Shown here in pieces: positions 62,384-64,000 of a stretch of 64,000 nucleotides of DNA (position 1 is its first letter; every line of letters starts with the position of its first letter). The DNA comes from Hormiphora californensis. Taxonomy: Eukaryota; Animalia; Ctenophora. The notes beneath the pieces are model-generated. The model did no database searches and was not told where the DNA came from. It saw nothing but the letters and a program-made list of their open reading frames with translations. The DNA lies in the NCBI GenBank assembly GCA_020137815.1, contig CM035356.1, positions 3,410,001 through 3,474,000 on the forward strand. Direction: 5' to 3'. The position numbers and the translations under genes were made by a program.

Positions 62384-63286
62384 ATGAGTTACATGTCCCG
62401 TGTGTCGGATGATCTTCTCGCGAAAGAGGAGGAATATCACCGCCTGAACGCAGAGATTGAGGAAAAGACTCGACAACTTGTGGAGGAGGTAACAAATATA
62501 TCGATGGAAGAAGAAGCCACAATGTCCCCTCGTGCATCAGTTGATCTGTCACCGTCCACCTCACTCCTGGACACCGTTACATCTCCAGTTTTCCGAACCG
62601 AGTACCCCGATGAACCAGCAGGGGCTGCAGCTGGTGAAGTTGAAGTTCTACCGGTGGAGGCCCAGGATCTCGGTACGTCTGCCACAATCCGATTACTCAA
62701 AGCAAAGGTTCGTGTGTTGGAAGAAGAGGTGGAGCGGATGACAATGGAAAACAGTAAACTCACCCAAACAGCCAACAAACAAAAGAAAGATGCTGCCAGT
62801 GACAAAGAGGAGAAAACACGGATGCAGAAGACGATTCAGAGTTTACAAGGCCAACTTGAGAAGTTGACAACGGTCGCGGAAGAGAAGAAGAATGAGAGTA
62901 AACGGCAGGAGACTGAGCTTGTTACACTCCGCAAAGAGGTAGAATCAATGAACAGAGCTGAGAAAAAGAATGCCCAATCTCAGAAATCAGTTGAAGTTCG
63001 ATTTGATCGAGCGATGGAAGAAGTGGAAAAGTACAAACAGCTCCTGAATGCGGAGCGATCAAGGAATTCGGAGACCGCCCACGTTGATCGGGATGCATAC
63101 AGTGGGGTTATCAATGAAAACAAGATACTGCAGAAACAGAAAATTGAGCTGATCAACGCGTATAAAAAACAAATGAAGCTGATAGATGTGTTGCGGAAAC
63201 AAAAGTTGCATTTGGAAGCCTCGAGAATGCTGAACTTTACCCAGGAGGAATTTGTTAAGGTTCTTGACTGGAAAAACAGTGCTTAG
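62384..63286 (+). CDS. TEX9: Testis-expressed protein 9 homolog (coiled coil), single coding exon, 300 aa
   Basis: DLLAKEEEYHRLNAEIE, ATIRLLKAKVRVLEEE and KKQMKLIDVLRKQKLHLEASRMLNFTQEEFVKVLDW match TEX9 motifs. Confidence 0.92.
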   Translation: MSYMSRVSDDLLAKEEEYHRLNAEIEEKTRQLVEEVTNISMEEEATMSPRASVDLSPSTSLLDTVTSPVFRTEYPDEPAGAAAGEVEVLPVEAQDLGTSATIRLLKAKVRVLEEEVERMTMENSKLTQTANKQKKDAASDKEEKTRMQKTIQSLQGQLEKLTTVAEEKKNESKRQETELVTLRKEVESMNRAEKKNAQSQKSVEVRFDRAMEEVEKYKQLLNAERSRNSETAHVDRDAYSGVINENKILQKQKIELINAYKKQMKLIDVLRKQKLHLEASRMLNFTQEEFVKVLDWKNSA

Positions 63287-64000
63287 GAGGTATGTTCATG
63301 GTAAAGGTATTCAGAATGTAGACAATATCAGATAAGCGGTGCTGGAAGCCAGTTTATTGTTCCTATATTTAAATACTGGACATTCGACTGATGCAATATA
63401 TACCAGGAAACTCCATTAGTATACTCTAGTATTACATATCACACACACAGTCTAGCTACTACAGACCACAGTTTATTTATTTATGTAAAATAATGTATAG
63501 TATTTTATTTATTTTCAATGATTTCTAATCGTGTACGTGTTTGTTCCCTCCAGCTCCCCTGTGTGTTACCCTATACCTTGAATACTAATTACCAAATGTC
63601 ATTATGAAGATTTGCTACATAGAGCTCCACTCCCCCTTTTATTCCTTGCATAATAATCTCCGAATTCCAAACGTGTTTATTGCGAGTCGTTCGACTTTCC
63701 TTGTCCTTTTCATTTTCTTGTAATAACAAAAGTACGGCTCTTCTCGATCTTAGTGACATGACGAATGGATTTAGAAATAATTAAGATAGAGTTCGGACGT
63801 TACAGTCCACGACGATCCCGCCACTGTTACTCCCTAAAATTTAAGGTGAGGTCTTAGTGAAATATATAATCTGACATTGGTGACATTACATGTGAAGAAT
63901 TAGCTGTACTTTTTTCATGCAGATACTTTGTTCAATTGTTCACCCACAGTGAGAAGTTTAGTTTTCTCCTTCCGGCTGGAATAAAAATCCTTATTCTCTG

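Overview
Eukaryotic, intron-rich and repeat-rich animal DNA. It is most likely a ctenophore such as Pleurobrachia, inferred from repeat families I recall from ctenophore gene models and not verified by a search. I reconstructed seven host genes by hand: CFAP96/C4orf47 (+), an UNC93A-like MFS protein (-), an uncharacterised four-repeat protein (-), a GPI-type sushi/CCP protein (+), an IAH1-like SGNH protein lacking its catalytic residues (+), an ABCC4-like transporter (-) and an intronless TEX9 (+). A frameshifted XK-like ORF lies antisense in an ABCC intron. The rest is an unusually diverse set of non-autonomous mobile DNA: a gag-only LTR element (LTRs, PBS, PPT, 4-bp TSD), two kb-scale palindromes with CACGG..CCGTG ends (Chapaev-like), a foldback element filled with satellite and inserted in a LINE, a head-to-tail Helitron trimer, many MITEs and hairpins, and a recurrent 70-85-bp element bounded by two directly repeated recombination-site-like motifs. 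I saw no rRNA, tRNA or CRISPR. Regions near 9.9-10.8, 40.7-41.4 and 54.3-58.7 kb look indel-noisy, so frameshifts there may be consensus errors.
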